Assembly: GCA_965216755.1 (NCBI GenBank)
Contig: CBDCGL010000011.1
Coordinates: 160,001-224,000 of the forward strand
Direction of reading: 5' to 3'
DNA from: Alphaproteobacteria bacterium
GTDB taxonomy: Bacteria; Pseudomonadota; Alphaproteobacteria; UBA7887
DNA: 64,000 nucleotides
The position numbers were made by a program, and so were the translations under genes. Position 1 is the first letter of the stretch, and each line of letters begins with the position of its first letter. A model generated the notes under the pieces. The model saw only the letters and a list, made by a program, of their open reading frames with translations. It searched no databases and was not told the origin of the DNA. Below are positions 62,171 through 64,000 of this stretch, one piece after another.

Positions 62171-63703
62171 ATGGACAAGCCCATCATTGCCGCGAAAACG
62201 CCGGCAAAAACAGACCTCGAGAAGGGCAAGACATATTTTTGGTGCCGTTGTGGACGTTCGGCGAGCCAACCTTTTTGTGACGGATCCCATGCGAGCACCG
62301 ATCTCACGCCACTCGAATTCACGGCCGATGAATCCGGCGCGGCCTTTCTGTGTCGATGCAAAGCGACCAGCAATCAGCCATTTTGCGACGGCACGCACGC
62401 GCAGCTCGGTGCCGCCGCCATAGGCGGTCCGACTCCTGAACTTCAGCGCGATGGCCCGCCTGTCGCTCAACCAACTTCGGAAGAACCGACAGTCGCGCGT
62501 GTTCATCAACTCGCCCGCGAAGGTTTGTCCAAGCTCGGGCATCACGGCCCAATGGGGGCCATGGGTGTGCCGCGCGCCGCGTTGCCGCATTGGGACCACA
62601 TACAGCTTTTGCCGGCCCAGTTCGCGCGCAAGCCGCTCATGGATGATGCCGTGGTCGGGACCGACCTGATCATCGGGCCGAGGGCCGAGAAGCCGCTGAG
62701 ACTAGAGATCCCGCTGTTTGTTTCCGACATGAGCTTTGGCGCCTTGTCCGAAGAGGCGAAAGTTGCACTGGCAAAGGGCGCTGAACGCGCGGGCACCGGC
62801 ATTTGCTCAGGCGAAGGGGGATCTTTGGCTGAGGAGCGTGCTGCCAACAGCCGCTACCTTTATGAGCTCGCCTCGGCCAAATTTGGATGGGATCTTGCTT
62901 TGGTCGAGCAGGTTCAGGCCTTTCACTACAAGGGCGGGCAGGGCGCAAAAACAGGCACCGGGGGCCATTTGCCCGGCGACAAGGTCACGGGCAAAATTGC
63001 TGAAACGCGCGGCTTGCGCCCGGGGCAGGATGCGGTTTCGCCGCCGACCTTCGACACGCCCAGGACAGTTGACGAGTTCCGCCGGTTTTCCGATCAAGTT
63101 CGCGAGCGATCCGGCGGTATCCCCGTCGGGTTCAAAATGTCGGCCAATCACATCGAGGACGATATCGACTTCGCCTTGGATGCGGGCGCGGATTACATCA
63201 TTTTGGATGGCCGCGGTGGCGGCACAGGGGCCGCGCCACTGATTTTCCGCGATCACATAAGTGTCCCAACCATTCCGGCCTTGGCGAGAGCACGCGCGCA
63301 TCTGGACAAGAAGGCAGGTCGCGATGTGACATTGATCATCACCGGCGGGCTGCGCATGCCGGAGGACTTCGCCAAGGCAATGGCGTTGGGCGCGGACGGG
63401 ATCGCGATCGCCAATTCAGCGATTCAGGCTGTCGGCTGTGTCGCCGCGCGCATGTGCGATACGAATAACTGCCCGGCTGGCGTTGCCACTCAGAAGCCAG
63501 AGTTACGGAAGCGTTTGGACGTTGCCGCAGGGGCGCGTCGTTTGGCGACGTTTTTGGAGGCGTCGACACATTTGATGCAGGTCTTGGCGCGCGCTTGTGG
63601 CCATGAACACCTGTCCAGGTTTTGCCGTGACGACCTCACCACATGGCGACGCGAAATGGCGGATTTATCTGGCGTTCGATATGGAGGCATGGGCGCGGTG
63701 TGA
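62171..63703 (+). CDS. Tandem CDGSH Fe-S domains fused to an FMN-binding glutamate synthase domain
   Basis: WCRCGRS..QPFCDGSH and CRCKAT..QPFCDGTH; DMSFGALS, GQGAKTGTGGHLP, DGRGGGTGA, C....C..NNCPAG. Confidence 0.87.
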   Translation: MDKPIIAAKTPAKTDLEKGKTYFWCRCGRSASQPFCDGSHASTDLTPLEFTADESGAAFLCRCKATSNQPFCDGTHAQLGAAAIGGPTPELQRDGPPVAQPTSEEPTVARVHQLAREGLSKLGHHGPMGAMGVPRAALPHWDHIQLLPAQFARKPLMDDAVVGTDLIIGPRAEKPLRLEIPLFVSDMSFGALSEEAKVALAKGAERAGTGICSGEGGSLAEERAANSRYLYELASAKFGWDLALVEQVQAFHYKGGQGAKTGTGGHLPGDKVTGKIAETRGLRPGQDAVSPPTFDTPRTVDEFRRFSDQVRERSGGIPVGFKMSANHIEDDIDFALDAGADYIILDGRGGGTGAAPLIFRDHISVPTIPALARARAHLDKKAGRDVTLIITGGLRMPEDFAKAMALGADGIAIANSAIQAVGCVAARMCDTNNCPAGVATQKPELRKRLDVAAGARRLATFLEASTHLMQVLARACGHEHLSRFCRDDLTTWRREMADLSGVRYGGMGAV

Positions 63704-63818
63704 CAGGCGTGTTGGCGCCGGTCACCCGTTCCGCCGTCATGGCGCCTGTGATAGGGTCCGGCGCGTCGCGCGCGGGAAACGCACCCGTATTGTTCGGAAT
63801 TATCGAAGCACGGAGTCG

Positions 63819-64000
63819 ATGGTGAACGGTTTCACTCCCCAATTCTTGCCGGGCGACAAGCCCGTCAAGCCATTCTCGATACTCGATGCAAATGGAAAGC
63901 TTAGACGCGGCGCGGATCCCGGCATGACGGACAAGCGAGTGCTTGAGGGTCTGCGTTTGATGATGTTGGGGCGCGCCTTCGACGAAAAGGCTCTGAGCCA
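63819..64000 (+). CDS. 2-oxoacid (pyruvate/branched-chain) dehydrogenase E1 alpha, 3' truncated by window edge
   Basis: GGAG RBS; FSILDANG...LRLMMLGRAFDEKALS resembles the E1-alpha N-terminus; only ~60 codons visible. Confidence 0.6.
   Translation, partial: MVNGFTPQFLPGDKPVKPFSILDANGKLRRGADPGMTDKRVLEGLRLMMLGRAFDEKALS

Noticed and set aside
63705-63750. Imperfect inverted repeat after the glutamate synthase-domain gene
   Set aside because: Mismatched stem, large loop and no U-tract; insufficient support for a terminator.
1-64000. CRISPR arrays, rRNA, defence systems, prophage structural genes and the many alternative-frame ORFs
   Set aside because: No regularly spaced repeats or matching motifs seen; alternative-frame ORFs are shadows of GC-rich real genes.

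Overview
GC-rich alphaproteobacterial chromosome segment (Rhodospirillales/Rhodobacterales-like gene order). 1-6.5 kb is core genome: hppA, bamE, Cbp3-like chaperone, yceD, rpmF, plsX, ihfA, MerR-family regulator and tRNA-Pro(GGG), with no fabH. Accessory DNA follows the tRNA: an IS481, two GcvT-family flavoproteins around a polyamine-type ABC transporter whose binding protein is split by an IS5, and a dead tyrosine integrase. Next come a lone thiolase and a hut operon (hutF, hutIHUC, HutC operator, no hutG). A ~26 kb surface-glycan region (27.6-53.7 kb) carries two sulfotransferases, two GT-C and two GT4 glycosyltransferases, a GMC oxidoreductase, two SDR epimerases, Wzx, a deacetylase and an IS-flanked tailspike-like beta-helix gene. 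It ends in a five-gene operon of VTC polyphosphate-polymerase domain, DUF4956, TPR, CotH kinase/beta-helix and an exported phosphoesterase. This operon is the best candidate for an undescribed system; my hypothesis is polyP-driven extracytoplasmic glycan phosphorylation. The window closes with a Tat-lipoprotein enolase-family enzyme, an itaconate/methylsuccinate-like catabolic cluster, a CDGSH-glutamate synthase-domain protein and the start of a 2-oxoacid dehydrogenase E1 alpha. All calls come from motif recognition by eye; no database searches were run.
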